Shown: positions 24,297 through 37,139, numbered from the stretch's first letter. The stretch is DNA of 64,000 nucleotides from Somniosus microcephalus (GCA_052327205.1 CM126226.1:37572001-37636000), one strand, 5' to 3'. The notes: generated from the sequence alone by a model not told the origin. Translations and numbers: made by a program.

Positions 24297-25337
24297 GGGC
24301 TGTTCATGCAGAGTCCATGAATTTTGAAAGGGAATAGTTGTTTGAAAACAAGGTCTATTAAAGGGTGTGAGTGCGCACAGGAGAGTGGGATTAGACTAGG
24401 TGGTTCAAGTGGAGAAAGACTCAATGGTCGAATGGCCTGTTTCTGTGCTGTGGTGTATGATTCAAAGTGCCATCAATTGCACGAGGACACGGCCGGACTG
24501 GCTCCCTCGGAAGGGTGTGGGATTCTTGGGGATTGTCACAGGATAAGGGCGTGATGGGATTTGGGTGGAGTTTTGGCGATAATCCAGCGTTGTCAAAGCA
24601 TTCACGGGGCCACTCGGAGATATGTCCCGAACCCCCCAGATGGCCAGTCTGCCCAGGAAGGACCTAATCCTTGACGATAAGGGCGGGGGAGGGGAATTGC
24701 AATCTTCCAGAGAGACTCCAGTCGAATGCAGGGGAGAGTTGGTGGGCCCGAGTGACAGGGAAAATGTTTGAGGGACTGAGTCTGAAGCTCACATGGCTGT
24801 GGAGCCACCTGCTATTCATCACTTCCACTGTAGACGCTTAAATTCTGTGAGTAACTCAGTCTCGGAGCCGAGGGTTCTTGACAACCGGTCTGAATGGTGA
24901 TTTGTGTGGAAGAGTGATGTGTGGGTCTTTCCACTGCATCACCAGCCGTCAGCTGAGATAGTTAAAGCAACTTTCAACCCTCCATTGAATTTCGCTTTGC
25001 TCAGACGGTGGCAGGGTTTTCTCTCTCTGCTCTGTCTGCACCTGCTGTGGAAGTTGCATTGAGCCTTTGAGCTTTATAAAGAGTTGCTGCTCAGCTCCCC
25101 ACGGTCGTGGGGTGGTGTTACTGGACTAGTAATCCAAAAAAAAGGGGGGGATGCAGCCCAACACTCCCCACATGACAGGGTCGTGATTTCAGTTTTTGGA
25201 TCAAGGTGGATTAATCAAGTGGATTCAAAGTGCTTCTGCACAAGGAAGGAGAGAGAGGAAGGTCAGTGGCTGAGTCTTGCTCCGTTCCCCCGCCCTCCCC
25301 CAAAGGCAGGAGCTTTCTCACGACTTTGTGTGCAGAA

Positions 25338-26006
25338 CCCCTGTAAATACTGACACACTCCCTGGGATCTCCTGTAAATACTGACACACTCCCTGGAATC
25401 TCCTGTAAATACTGACGCACTCCCGGGGACCCCCTGTAAATACCGACACACTCCCTGTGATCTCCTGTAAATACTGACACACTCCCTGGGATCTCCTGTA
25501 AATACTGGCGCACTCCCGGGGACCCCCTGTAAATACCGACACACTCCCGGGGATCCCCTGTAAGTACTGACACTTTCCCGGGGATCCCCTATAAATACTC
25601 ACACGGCCCCATGGAATCCCTGTAAATATTGACACACACCCAGGGACTCCTTGTAAATACTGACACACCCCTGGAGACCCCCTGTAAATACTGACACACC
25701 CCTGGAGACCCCCTGTAAATACTGACACACTCCCGGCGACCCCCTGTAAATACTGACACACCCCTGGAGACCCCCTGTAACTACTGACACACTCCTGGAG
25801 ACCCCCTGTAAATACTGACACACACCCAGGGAACCCCTGTAAATACTGACACACCCCTGGAGATCCCCTGTAAATACTGACACACTCCTGGGGACCCCCG
25901 TAAATACTGACACACTCTTGGGGACCCCCTGCAAAGACTGACACACTCCTGGGGACCCCCTGTAAATAATGACACACTCCCAGAAACCCCCTGTAAATAC
26001 TGACAC
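25338..26006. repeat. Minisatellite, about 31-bp unit CCTGTAAATACTGACACACTCCCTGGGATCT, about 21 copies
   Basis: Visible tandem units; source of several spurious ORFs. Confidence 0.95.
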
Positions 26007-26504
26007 ATTGTCTGGAACCAGCTGTCCTAACTCGGAGGTCGGTGACCCAGCGCTATCGCTGCTGGAACTATTTTTAGTAGTGTTTAGATAGACTGTGCTG
26101 GGGATGTACAGTATGGTTGGCCCCTGATGGAGAGAATTTAATGACTGCACGTACCTTCTGGGATCCCCTCATGGACCCTGGACTCACGCCCTAACTCAGA
26201 AGTGGCTTTAGTGTCCCACCACACCACACACACGCCTAAAAGGAGATAGGCACCTAACCTCCTGTGGGAAGAGAGCGTGACCTGGGGCGTGATCTTTCTC
26301 CTGTGCAGCAGGATGGGAAGCTAATGGGCTCTGAAATAAGCAGTGCAGTGAGACCTTTGGTTGCAAGCTGACACCATAAAGCCATGTATTCTCCCGTAGT
26401 GACTAGTTCTCGGTTAAATAATGTGTTCCTGTTGATTATTCTCTTCTGTCTGGCTGCTCTGCCCCCTCCCTGGGCCAGCGCGTGAGTGTGTGGGGTCAGA
26501 GGTT

Positions 26505-27320
26505 AAATTGCAGGAAGTCTAGGGATATAGACAGGTTAAATGATTGGGCACGAAGGTGGCAGATTGAGTATAATTGTGCGGAAATGTGAAATTATCCACT
26601 TTGGTAGGAAGAATAGAAAAGCAGAATATTTTTTAAAAGGTGAGAGATTAGTAAATGTTGGTTTGCAGACAGATTTGGGTGTACTTGTACATGAATCACA
26701 GAAAGTTAACATGCAGGTACTGCAAGCAATTAGGAAGGCAAATGGTGTGTTAGCCTTTATTGCAAGGGGATTGGAGTTTAAGAGTAAGGACATTTTGCTG
26801 CAGTTATATAGGGCTTTGGTTTTAGTCTCCTTACCTAAGGAAGGATAAACTTGCCTTAAATGGGTTACAACGAAGGTTCACTAGATTAATTCCTGGGATG
26901 AGAGGGCTGTCCTATGAGGAGAGATTGAGTAAAATAGTCTATATTCTCTGGTGTTTAGAAGAATTGAAATGTATAAAGTTCTTAGAGGGTAGATGCTGGG
27001 AGACTGTTTCCCCTAGCTGGAGAGTCTAGACCTCGGTGTGATTGTCTCAGGAGAAGGGGTCGGCCATTTAAGACTGAGATGAGGCAAAATTTCTTCACAC
27101 AGAAAGTTGTGAATCTTTGGAGTTCTCTACCCCAGAGGGCTGTGGATGCTCAGCCATTGAGTATATTCAAGACAGAGAGCGATAGATTTCTGGACACCAA
27201 GGGAATCGAGGGATATGAGGATCGGATGGGAAAGTGGAGTTGAGATTGAAGATCAGCCATGATCTTATTGAATGGCGGAGCAGGCTTGAGGGGCCGTATG
27301 GCTCCTATTTCTTATGTTCT
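26505..27320 (+). mobile_element. CR1 LINE 3' fragment
   Basis: KCEIIHFGRKN..DLGVLVHESQK..AIRKANGVLAFIARG..LQLYRALV followed by the 3' UTR. Confidence 0.93.
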
Positions 27321-28309
27321 TATTTATTGCTAATTTTCTCCCCTCGTGGGCAGACTGTTGCTGGGCTTCAGTTCCAAGGACCAGTTGCTCTTGAACCATT
27401 TGCACTGTTTGCTTCAGTCACCTTCCTTCATAACATTATCCCACAACTCTAGTATGCTTTGGATGGGCTAGATTTGCCTGACGTCCCTTCTTATCCCCAA
27501 CTTGCCCCATTTTTAACTTGTATTGCCTGGTTTTGAACTCTTCGTTAAGAGGCTCGGAGGATGCTTAGTAAATATCTAAAATTAATGAATGCAGAAATTC
27601 TGAAGAACAGAAAGCACTTAAAAAAAAAGAAAATGATATTTTTATATTGTTTCTTGAATACATTAAGAAGCTGCCTTTTAAATTCAGTTTTTGCCATGAC
27701 AAAAAGCTGGGAGTATTCTCACAGGGGATGGCCTGAATTTATGATTTCACAAAAAATCATTTCCCCCCCCCAATTTGCGATGGATTAGAGTGCAAATTAA
27801 ATGGGTAATATAGAGAAAACGCCTCTCAAATTGTCTTTATATATTGCTAAATACAATGGGATGCGATTCTCCTTGGATCTCAATGCACAGCACCCAGGCA
27901 CTAACAAGGACACAATCACTGGTGAGCCCCCAAAAGTTTGGAGTCATTTTGAAAGCTCCTCTTACAGATGATGATGTTGTGGTTGCACTTCACATCTCAA
28001 CCTGATACCGGTGTATATTCGGAGTATGCAGTGGTTTCACAGACCAAAGTTATACTGCCAATTGGACTTCCAAAGTGGGATCCAGGTCCGAGGATGTGAT
28101 CGTATTAGAGTCATTGGAATGAAGGCATCATAGCAAAAGCAAGCATTGTAAGGGAGAACATGTAGTTTGCTTAATGAGCTGCAGTATTGGTCATTTATCT
28201 GTGCACCTGAACTCCATAGACCAGAGCTATACCACTGCCTGTGATCTGGTAAATGGGTTTGAAACCCCAACCGCTGGGGGTTTCACTCCTCTTACTTCAG
28301 ATTGATTTT

Positions 28310-28615
28310 CAGTTGAGACGTTAAACTGGTGTCTGCCGACCAGGTGGGTGTAAAAGATCCCATGGCATTATTCAAATAAGAGCAGGGGAATTCTCCCCAG
28401 TGTCCTGGCCAATATTTATCCCTCAACCAACATCACTAAAAAAAGATTATCTGGTCATTATCACATTGCTGTTTGTGGGAGCTTGCTGAGCACAAATTGG
28501 CTGCCATGTTTCCTGCATTACAACAGTGACTACATTTCAAACAAATTTTCATCGGGTTTTGTGACGTCCTGTGGTCATTAAAGGCGCAATATAAATTCAA
28601 GTTTCCTTTCTTTTT
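28310..28615 (+). mobile_element. Deu-domain SINE, 3' half, followed by a T-rich tract
   Basis: GAGACGTTAAAC..TAAAAGATCCCATGGC..GGCCAATATTTATCCCTCAACC. Confidence 0.88.
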
Positions 28616-28780
28616 CTTTCTTTCCTTTTCTTCTCTCTCTTTCTTTGTTTCTTCTCTCTCTTTATTTATTTTCTTTCCTTTCTTTCTTTCCTTCCTTCCC
28701 TTTCTCACCTTTGCAATACCGCAGCACCAGGAGAGCATCATGGAAGTTAAGTTTGAACCTGCGATCTCATAGGTTTACTA

Positions 28781-28940
28781 ACAGAAACTGGGAACACTCA
28801 GCAAGTCAGCCACCACCCATGGAGAGAGCAGACAAGTTAGCGTTTCAGGTGCAAACCCCTTGTCAGAAGTGAAGAAGGGTCCACACCTGAAACATTAGCT
28901 TTGTTCCCTCCACAGATGCTGCGTGTTTCCAGCATTTCAG
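28781..28940. mobile_element. Short Penelope-derived element: two inverted pLTR pieces with back-to-back hammerhead-like motifs
   Basis: Minus strand TTCTGACAAGGGGTTTGCACCTGAAACGCTAACT abuts plus strand GTGAAGAAGGGTCCACACCTGAAACATTAGCT..CCACAGATGCTG. Homologous to 42204-42330. Confidence 0.75.
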
Positions 28941-29414
28941 TACTATATCTGGACTTGCTGAGCAAGGCACTGTCCAGGGTGCTGATCCTGCTTTGACAAG
29001 ATAGCTCTAGTTCTGCTGCTGTGCCACCCTGTGGTAGAAGTCAGGTACTTCAGAAATAGTCCCTGCACCTCCTAAAATGGAGAGCTTCAACCAGCCTCCA
29101 CTGTACTTTGCTCCTTCGTGCCTGTTCAAGCTACTGATTCTTAATTGTGTACGATTCTTTCAAATTAAAATTATCATGTAAATAAAGACGGTTGCCTCCT
29201 ATCCTACCCCAACTTTTCGGTGTTATAGTTTGAATATAAATGTAGACTTAGCTTAATTAATTATTGTATCTCTCTTTTCAAATGGGGCAATTTCCCCCTG
29301 AAGTTTTTGCCACCTTTGTTTCCAGGATCGATATTATAACTTGCTAGATCTTTCACTCGCTGCATCAGCTTCCAAATTATAACCTTAACTTGTGGGCATA
29401 TATATAGATAGTAC

Positions 29415-29860
29415 AATAGGCCATTCAGCCCAACCAGTCCGTGTTGGTGTTTATAGATTCTTAGAAACTTATAGCACAGTAGGAGGCCATTCAGCCCATT
29501 GTGCCTATACTTAATCCCACATCCCCTGCTTTTTGTCCGTAACCCTGTAAGTTCCTCATCCTCAAGTACCCGTCCAACTTCCTTTTAAAATTATGGAATC
29601 AGCTTCCACCACCTTTTCAGGTCGAGCATTCCAGATCCCAACAACTCTGAGTGAAAAAAATTCTCCTCATCTCCCCTCTAGATCTTTTGCCAATGATTTT
29701 AACTCTATGACCTCTGGTTATTGACCCACTTGCCAGAGGGAATAGTTTTTCTCTCTCTACTCTATCAAAACCTCTCATCGTCGTGAAAACCTCTATTAGG
29801 TCACCTCTTAACCTTCTCTGTTCCAAGGAGAACAATCCTAACTTTTCCAACCTCTCCTTG
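29415..29860 (-). mobile_element. CR1 LINE 3' fragment
   Basis: EKLGLFSLEQRRLRGDLIEVF..RGFDRVEREKLFP. Confidence 0.9.
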
Positions 29861-30761
29861 TGTGCGCGAAGACGTGACAGAGATGATGGTTAAAAAGCAC
29901 TAGGGTGCATTTCATGTGCTATCTCAGAAGCTTTTACAACTGTGCATTTTCTGTAGCTCAAGCACAGAGCAGTCAAAGCTGGGGTTCATGTGTGATTTTC
30001 TGATACCGGGTCCCTGGAATGGGAATGTTTCATTCTCCAGCTCAAACATCCCTCATGGTGACGAGTGTGCAAATTCATTATAAGGACATACCTAAGTATT
30101 TTGTTACTGAGTTCCCCCCATGTCTGCTGCAGAATGGCTAGGGGGAAGAGATCAGGTCAGTGCAATTAGTTTTGGATTACTCTGGCAAAGGGCCGACAGA
30201 ACACAATGGGCTGACTGTCCTTCTGTGCTGTAAACTTGTATGGTTCTATGGGGACAGTACATAGCATCATAAGTGGAGGGGTTGGACAGACTGTGGTCTT
30301 CTCCCCCTTGCCGTGCTTGGTTTGATGGAGGCAGTATCTTCACATACATGTCCCTGTTTAACGATCCTTGCTTACACAGAGAATCCTGTTAGTTATGCTG
30401 CTGCACTGGTTAATGGCTTCGTAATGAGTGATGGAAATTTAATTTTGAAACTGCTTAGTGAGTGTTTTTTTGTGTTTGGCTTTACATTGTGAACTGATTT
30501 TCTGAAATCTTATTAGAAAACATAATTTTATTTTATTTTATTGTCATATTCATCTTCTTGCAATCTCCTCGACTCACTGTCCAACTCCAGTATGAAGATC
30601 TAATTGAGAAAGTGAGTGGGTGGGTGGGTGGGTGGGAGCTGTGGACTCACTCTATTGAGTGCAGCAATAGTGGTCTCGGAAATACTGCAGGAGAAGGTTT
30701 GTGTTTGCCTGGAAATAGATGTTTAGATGAGTTAGGTTCCTATCATTTTATGACAGCGAGA

Positions 30762-31110
30762 TTAATGGATACCTGGGAGAGAGTTACAGGCTGGAATCTA
30801 ATCAAGGGGTTTGGGGGGGATTATATATAGAATAATGGATACCCAGAAGTGAGTTACAGGCTAGGATCTAATCGAGGGGTTCGGGTGGGTTATATATAGA
30901 ATAACGGATACCCGGGAGTGGGAGTTACAGGCTGGAATCTAATCGAGGGGTTCAGGTGGTTTATATTGGAAGTAATGAATATTCAGAAATGAGTTACAGG
31001 CTGGAAATAGATCATTTTTATTTCTAAATATCATATATTCCATATATAAATAATATATAGAATAATGGATACCTTGGAGTTAGTTACAGACTGAAAGTTA
31101 ACTGAGGGAT
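30762..31110. repeat. Short diverged tandem repeat, about 70-bp unit (GGATACCCGGGAGTGAGTTACAGGCTGGAATCTAATCGAGGGG..TATATAGAATAA)
   Basis: 4-5 recurrences of GAGTTACAGGCTGGAATCTAATC. Confidence 0.85.
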
Positions 31111-31814
31111 GTTACGGGATAGAAGCTAATATACGTATGAGCCTTGATAGTGAGTGTTAAGAGGATATCTCACAGCTGAGTGCAACCCTGACATCAGCTG
31201 ACACCCATACCATAATATCCAGGAATTACTGGATAATGATCAGGAGCAGAACTCCCCCTTAGTCCAGGGGCTTTAAGTCCAATTGTAGGACCCCTACATC
31301 CATTGTGCCTGAAATCAGCGAACTCGGAATAGACCAGGAATTCAGCTTTAGTAACTGAATCAATGGGGAAGTTGTGTTGTACATTTTAAACAGGTGCCAA
31401 GACAAGTGGTGCCACAAAGTTGAATGAAACATTGCAAAACTGAAACAAGGAATTCCCATCCTGCCGGGAGTGAAACACTGTGGAGGCCAGCAAGGATTGG
31501 AAGAAGGTCACCCCAAGGTTATCCCTACTTTGAGGGAGTGTTCGGGTAATGCGATGCTTTGGATCATCAGCCAACACAGGCCACCCTGGAGCAGCCCAGT
31601 ATGGATTTGTGCCCATGATTCCTCAAGCCATTGAATTCCCAGCACACACAGTTCCCTACAGGGAGGGGCGTATAGTCAGAGGTAAAGTGTCCCCTGAGCT
31701 GCTCTTGTGGACTTCCAAGGACCCAGTTTCAGAGCTACATAAGTGGAGGTTTGGGGAAAGGTTATTGGTTGAAGAAAGGGGAGAGAAGAAATTGAGGACT
31801 GGGTGATGGAGTGA

Positions 31815-32025
31815 GTTTGTTCGCTGTACTTTCACCTCTTGGGATGAGGCAGGCCAGAGTGATGGGATGAAAGTGTCCTCGGTCTGATGGCTGTAGCAGT
31901 CCTACCTAAGATGAGTTTGAGGCAGCAATAACCCAGTTCCTAGGGGGCAGGTGCCCACAGCACCAAGCTGCTTCCTCATTGGTACTAATTTGGCAATCTA
32001 ACTGATGCAGGAAATGGAAAAAAGG
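31815..32025 (+). mobile_element. LF-SINE-like element
   Basis: TTTCACCTCT..GAAAGT..TCTGATGGCTGT..ATGAGTTTG..CCAGTTCCTAG.GG.CAGGTGCCCACA..TTGGTACTAATTTGGCA match remembered LF-SINE landmarks in the same order. Confidence 0.6.
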
Positions 32026-32091
32026 ACATTCTGTTGCCATAGAGACAACTCGCCCAATTTTGTGGCGCACAGCACATTGTTTTAGCAGAGT

Positions 32092-32595
32092 AGAATCATA
32101 GTATCATAGAATGGTTACAGTACGGAAGAAGGCCATTTGGTCCATCGAGCTCGTGCCAGCTCTCTGCAAGAACACTTCAGCTAGTCTCACACCCCCGCCC
32201 TTTCCCTGTAGCCTTGCAAAGTTTTTTCCTTCAGGTACTTATCCAGCTCCCTTTTGAAAGCTGTGATTGAATCTGCCTCCACCACCCTTTCAGGCAGTGC
32301 ATTCCAGATCCTAACCACTCGCTGAGTAAAAAAGTTTTTCCTCATGTTGCCTTTGGTTCTTCTGCCAGTCACCTTAAATCTGTGTCCTCTGGTTCTCGAC
32401 CCTTCTGCCAATGGGAACAGTTTCTCTCTATCTACTCTGTCTAGACCCCTCATGATTTTGAATACCTCTATCAAATCTCCTCTCAATCTTCTCTGCTCTA
32501 AGGAGAACAGCCTCAGCTTCTCCAGTCTATCCACGTAACTGAAGTCCCTCATCCCTGGAATCATTCTCGCAAATCTTCTCTGCAACTTCTCTAAG
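32092..32595 (-). mobile_element. CR1 LINE 3' fragment (young-looking)
   Basis: Uninterrupted 132-aa ORF QRRFARMIPGM..RRLRGDLIEVFKIM..WNALPE..FKRELDKYL. Confidence 0.95.
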
Positions 32596-33149
32596 GGATC
32601 TTATTTAATGGCGGAGCAGGCTCAAGGGCCTGTATGGCCTACTCCGGCTCCTATTTCTTATGTTTGTATGTTTACTCAACTGTGCTGAGACTCATGGAAT
32701 TAATGCAATTTAGCTCAGTGGATTGAAGACCAGCCAGTATGTCTGACATGGGAAAGTATTCCAATTCACAGGGCTAAGATTTCTCAACTTTGTCGCACAG
32801 AAATTAAGCATCAGTTCAGAGACCAGCCACTATGGCACTCCCCCAAGCTGCTGTCCCCTTTCAAACAATTTATATTTTCATTCTTTTATCCACCTTATTT
32901 CTGCTTTGATTTACGTGTCCTGCTGAAGGAATGTTGAAAGAAAGGATGCTGGTCTGAGAAAAAGGAGAGATGTGGAAAGATCAAGACCAGAGTGGTTGAG
33001 TAAAAAGATCCAAATTACACTAGGGACCAAGCAGAAATAGGCAAGGTACTGAGAACTGGAACTTGTACAAAACAGTGAGAATGATCCAAAGAATATTAAA
33101 CTATGAATAGTACAGAGAGGGTAAAAGTCAGACGGGTCCTTTCAAGAAG

Positions 33150-34810
33150 GATTTGGGTAGAACTAGACCATGACTCAGCAAATCTACTGCAATTCTTTAA
33201 GGAGCTAACTAAATTAGTGGTGAGGGCCATCCAGTGGATAGAATTTACTTCGATTTTCGGTGCATTTTATATGGTCCCACACGTGAGACTTTTACAGAAA
33301 GGAAAACTCGTGGCATGAATGCAATTTAGCTGGGTGGATTGAAAACTTGCTAGGAAGCAGGAGGTATAAGACATTTATATAAAGTTTTATCATTTTTCTC
33401 AGAAGCATCTCAAAGTACTTGACATACAATGAATTATTTTGAAGGTGTGTTTTATGTAGGGAAAACAGCAGTTGCTTTGCAAACTTCATAAACCGCGCAA
33501 AGTTCAATGTCCGAGGGGCAGTGGCCAGTGGAGTTGCACAGGGCTGTTTGAGACCCTTGTGTTCAGGACACTGGAGTCGATGCTTCTTGTAATAATGTTC
33601 AAAAGTTGGCCGATGCCACTAAGCTATGTGGCCAGGTGAGGGATGGCATTGAATAGGATTTGGAGCAGTTACGTGGAGGGGCTAAAGAATGGCAGATGGA
33701 TTTTAATTTGGATGAGTACAAGGTTATACTTATTGGAATAAGAAATTTGAAATGTGGGTAAGACATAGGGGTGTCATTAGTGAAGGTGCAAAAGGAAAGG
33801 ATTTAGGGTCATTACTGACCATTTATTGAAAGCATGGAGTCAATGTGAAGCTGTCATCATGAAAGAAAGACAGAAAGAGCTTGCATTTATAGAGCAGCTT
33901 TCACATTCTCAAGACATCACAAAGCGCTTTACAGCCAATGAATTACTTTTAAGTGTAGTCACTTGTTTTGTAGTCAAATGCAGGAGCCATTTTGTACACA
34001 GCAAGGTCCCACAAACAGCAATGAAATAACTGACCAGATAATCAGTTTTTGGAGGAGCTGATCATAACCTGAAAAAGGTGACCTTAACATTTTATAATGT
34101 GGCTGGTGGGTCCATGCTGGGAATATCATGGGCAGTTTTGGATAACTGCACCATCAAAAGATTATTGATGCATTAAAGAGTGTTCTGCAAGGATTGTTAA
34201 GGACCATTTCAGGGCATATGGCTTCAATTGTGAAGAAAGACTCTTAGAACAGAACCTGCTGGCTCTGGAGAAGCAAAGATGAGAGAACAATGATCTAGAT
34301 CTTTGAAATGATGAGAGGAATAACTAATGTCGATCTTTTTAACTTAAACTGTGAACACGGAACACTAGAGGACACAAGTACAAAGTTAACATGCCTCAAG
34401 CAAGACTAGAGATTAGAAGAAATTACTTTTCCTGCTGAGCAGTGGATCTTGAACAGAGTCCGAGCCAAAACGGTTTATACCGTTGATTAACTGCCTTAAA
34501 ATGCCATGGATAAATATCTGGGTAGCAATAGAATGGAAGTTTAAGTGCAGAGAGAATGGTTACATATTCTACAGGACACGCGGGTTGCTGAGAGCATAGA
34601 CATATTATTTGTGGAACACAATCAGTCAAAGATGAATATGTTACAATATAGATTAGATTGGAATTCTGAAAACTTGCTTGAGTATGCACGGGAGAAACTG
34701 TTCACAACCTTTCATCTGGAATTGAAAGTGGACAATCTGATAGAACAGGTTGTATCTGAGCTGTGGCAGGAATGGGCTTGATGGGACAAGGGCCTTTTAA
34801 TTTCTGTGCT
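33150..34810 (+). mobile_element. Old, heavily decayed CR1 LINE (RT region to 3' end) with nested SINE tails
   Basis: Remnants NLLQFF, AFYMVPH, KLADATKL, W...WQMDFN, DLG and RGHKYKV. Deu-SINE tails are inserted at about 33375 and 33862-34050. Confidence 0.65.
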
Positions 34811-34930
34811 TGTTTTGTACTTTTGGGTAGATTTGGCCTCCTTTGTGGGTCAATGATAGGCTGCATCCTTTCAACTGTTAGTTCAGTCTCTTAAACCTCC
34901 CCCCCCCCCCACTTGTTTTCACTTTCCTCA

Positions 34931-35352
34931 GGTGTCAGCTGTGGCTCAGTCGGTAGCTCTCTCGCCTCTGAGTCAGAAGGTTGTGGGTTCAAGTCCAACT
35001 ACAGAGACTTGAGCACAAAATCTAGACTGATACTCCAGTGCAGTACTGAGGGAGTGCTGCACTGTTGGAGGTGCCGTCTTTCAGATGGGACGGTAAACCG
35101 AGGTCCCGTCTAAACTCTCAGGTGGGCGTATAAGATGCTATGGCACTTTTCGAAGAACCAACATCACTTTAAAAAAAAATCTAGTTATTATTACATTGCT
35201 GGTGTGGGAGCTTGCTGTACGCAAATTGGCTGCCGTGTTTCCTCCATTACAACAGTTACTACACTTCAAAAAGTACTTCATTGGTTGTAAAGCGCTTTGG
35301 GATATCCTGGGGGCACGAAAGGCGCTATATAAATGCAAGTTCTTTCTTTTCT
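34931..35352 (+). mobile_element. Deu-domain SINE with internal deletion
   Basis: Head GTCAGCTGTGGCTCAGTCGG, Deu core, tail GCGCTATATAAATGCAAGTTCTT. Confidence 0.9.
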
Positions 35353-35904
35353 TGTATCCTGCCCTAATTCCTTCTCCTCCCTGCATACTCTCAGCTTTGA
35401 AAGCAAGACTTGTACTGTCTCTTGCACTGGTACATTCTCTCCTTTCCTCCCTCAGTCTTTGTTCCTTCCTGCAATCTGTAGAAAACCAAAGCTTAATCAC
35501 TGCTTCCTGATTTACTTCATTTTGTCTCCTGCTCTCTTCAACCTGCACTTTGGGCCTCAAACCTTCACCTAGAATTCTCAGTCGAAGAAAAGTCTGCCAG
35601 CCTATTTGAGTGTATTGGTACTTTCAATTCCAGTGCAGGGTGTATCGGGGCTGTGACATGCAATTCGATTCAGACTGATGAAGGCTACAGTTGCCTTTCG
35701 AAAGTGGTGACCAAAGCCCCTGATATGTGGCCAATAGCATAATTACTCCGGCCCTCAAGATCAACTCGGTCAGTCTGCATCATAGTTCTCACTGTTATAT
35801 GTGTGACTTATATTAAAAAAAAAGCAATTTATTTTTCGTGTTTCCTTTATTGCTGTTTTCTAACTCTTAGAATTACACATCTGTGGAAATTTCTGTGATT
35901 CCGA

Positions 35905-36285
35905 AGGTATATTGTCGACTCTAGTTGGATGTATTCCTGGAGGTTTTATCACCTGATCTGCCCCCTGACTTGCCCCGCCCCCACACTCCTGCCATTGGCC
36001 CATCCTCCGGGCGCACCGCCTTCCGCCAGCCAATTGTAAAGTGAACAGACTCTTTGTTAACCATTTGGATGCAGCTTGACTGTCGGCGAAACAGCCTTTT
36101 TTCCCCCCTTTCCAATATTTTTATAACTAATCAATAAAAGTGTTCAAAGAAAATGAAAAAACCACAATTTTTGTTTAATGCTCGCTATGATTTTTCTCCT
36201 GGGTTTTTGCTCGCAGTAATGTGCGAGAGATTAATCTTCAATTTCTGGAGACTCCAGGACAATCTTAGAGATTGGCAACCCCTAT
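35905..36285. mobile_element. Non-autonomous DNA transposon, probably hAT (TAGGG..TTGCCA-type end)
   Basis: Right end GGAGACTCCAGGACAATC..GATTGGCAACCCCTA; decayed left end with complementary TCCTGGAG. A related end lies at about 24710. Confidence 0.5.
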
Positions 36286-36407
36286 CCAAATACCCTGTGT
36301 ATTTTAAAGCTACATAGCACGTTCACTAACGTGGCGCTTGTGTGCTGGCATCAATCCGAGTGTTACAAATTATAACCACCCCAATCCCTGCTGATGTGTG
36401 GATATCT

Positions 36408-36728
36408 TAAGAACATAAGAAATAGGAACAGGAGCAGGCCATACGGCTCCTTGAGACTGCTCCGCCATTCAATAGGACCATGGCTGATCTACCTCAACCT
36501 CATTTTCCCGCCTGATCCCCATATCCCTTGATTCCCTTGATGTCCAAAAATCTATCGATCTCAGTCTTGAGCATCCACAGCCCTCTGGAATAGAGAATTC
36601 CAAAGATTCACAACCCTCTGTGAAGAAAGTTTTCCTCATTCCAGTCCTAAATGGCCAATCCCTTATTCTGAGACTGTGACCCCTAGTTCTAGACTCTCCA
36701 GCCAGGGGAAACAGCCTCTCAGCATCTG
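36408..36728 (-). mobile_element. CR1 LINE 3' fragment
   Basis: AAGAACATAAGAAATAGGAACAGGAG 3' end on the minus strand. Confidence 0.88.
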
Positions 36729-36754
36729 AAATAAGCTGAGGATGGGATCAACAA

Positions 36755-36962
36755 GAAGCAAAATACTTCAGGTGCTGGAAATCTGAAACAAAAAAGGAAT
36801 ACCCGGCAGATACTCAGCAGGTCAGCAGCATCTGTTGCTTTTTAAATGCACTTCACCTGTAATACCTTAAAGTTCTGAGGAAAGGTCTCCACCCAAAATG
36901 TCAACCAACTAGTGTTCTCTCGACAGATGCTGCCTGACCTGCCGAGTGTCTCCAGCGGTTGC
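36755..36962. mobile_element. Short Penelope-derived element with inverted pLTR pieces
   Basis: AAGCAAAATAC..GCTGGAAATCTGAAAC..CTCAGCAGGTCAGCAGCATCTG (minus), then AGTTCTGAGGAAAGG..ACAGATGCTGCCTGACCTGCCGAG (plus). Both pieces match 42204-42335. Confidence 0.75.
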
Positions 36963-37139
36963 TGTTGAGGATTGGATCAGGTTCAGTTGTGATGCGATTC
37001 AGATGTGGTTGAATGTTCAGTATTCACACAAGAAGAATGGACAGTTGGATGGGCTGTCACTGTTGCCCAGCTCGAGTCAGCACCTTCAGGAGAGGAGAGA
37101 ATTAAAAACAAAAAAAAACCTATGTATTCAGTTTAAATT

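Noticed and set aside
25211-26150. Cys-rich repetitive ORFs
   Set aside because: Translation of the 31-bp repeat in shifting frames.
35672-35715. CTGATGA-AGGC..GCCT-TTC-GAAA hammerhead-like string
   Set aside because: Three extra bases separate stem II from GAAA, and there is no convincing stem I/III or UH site.
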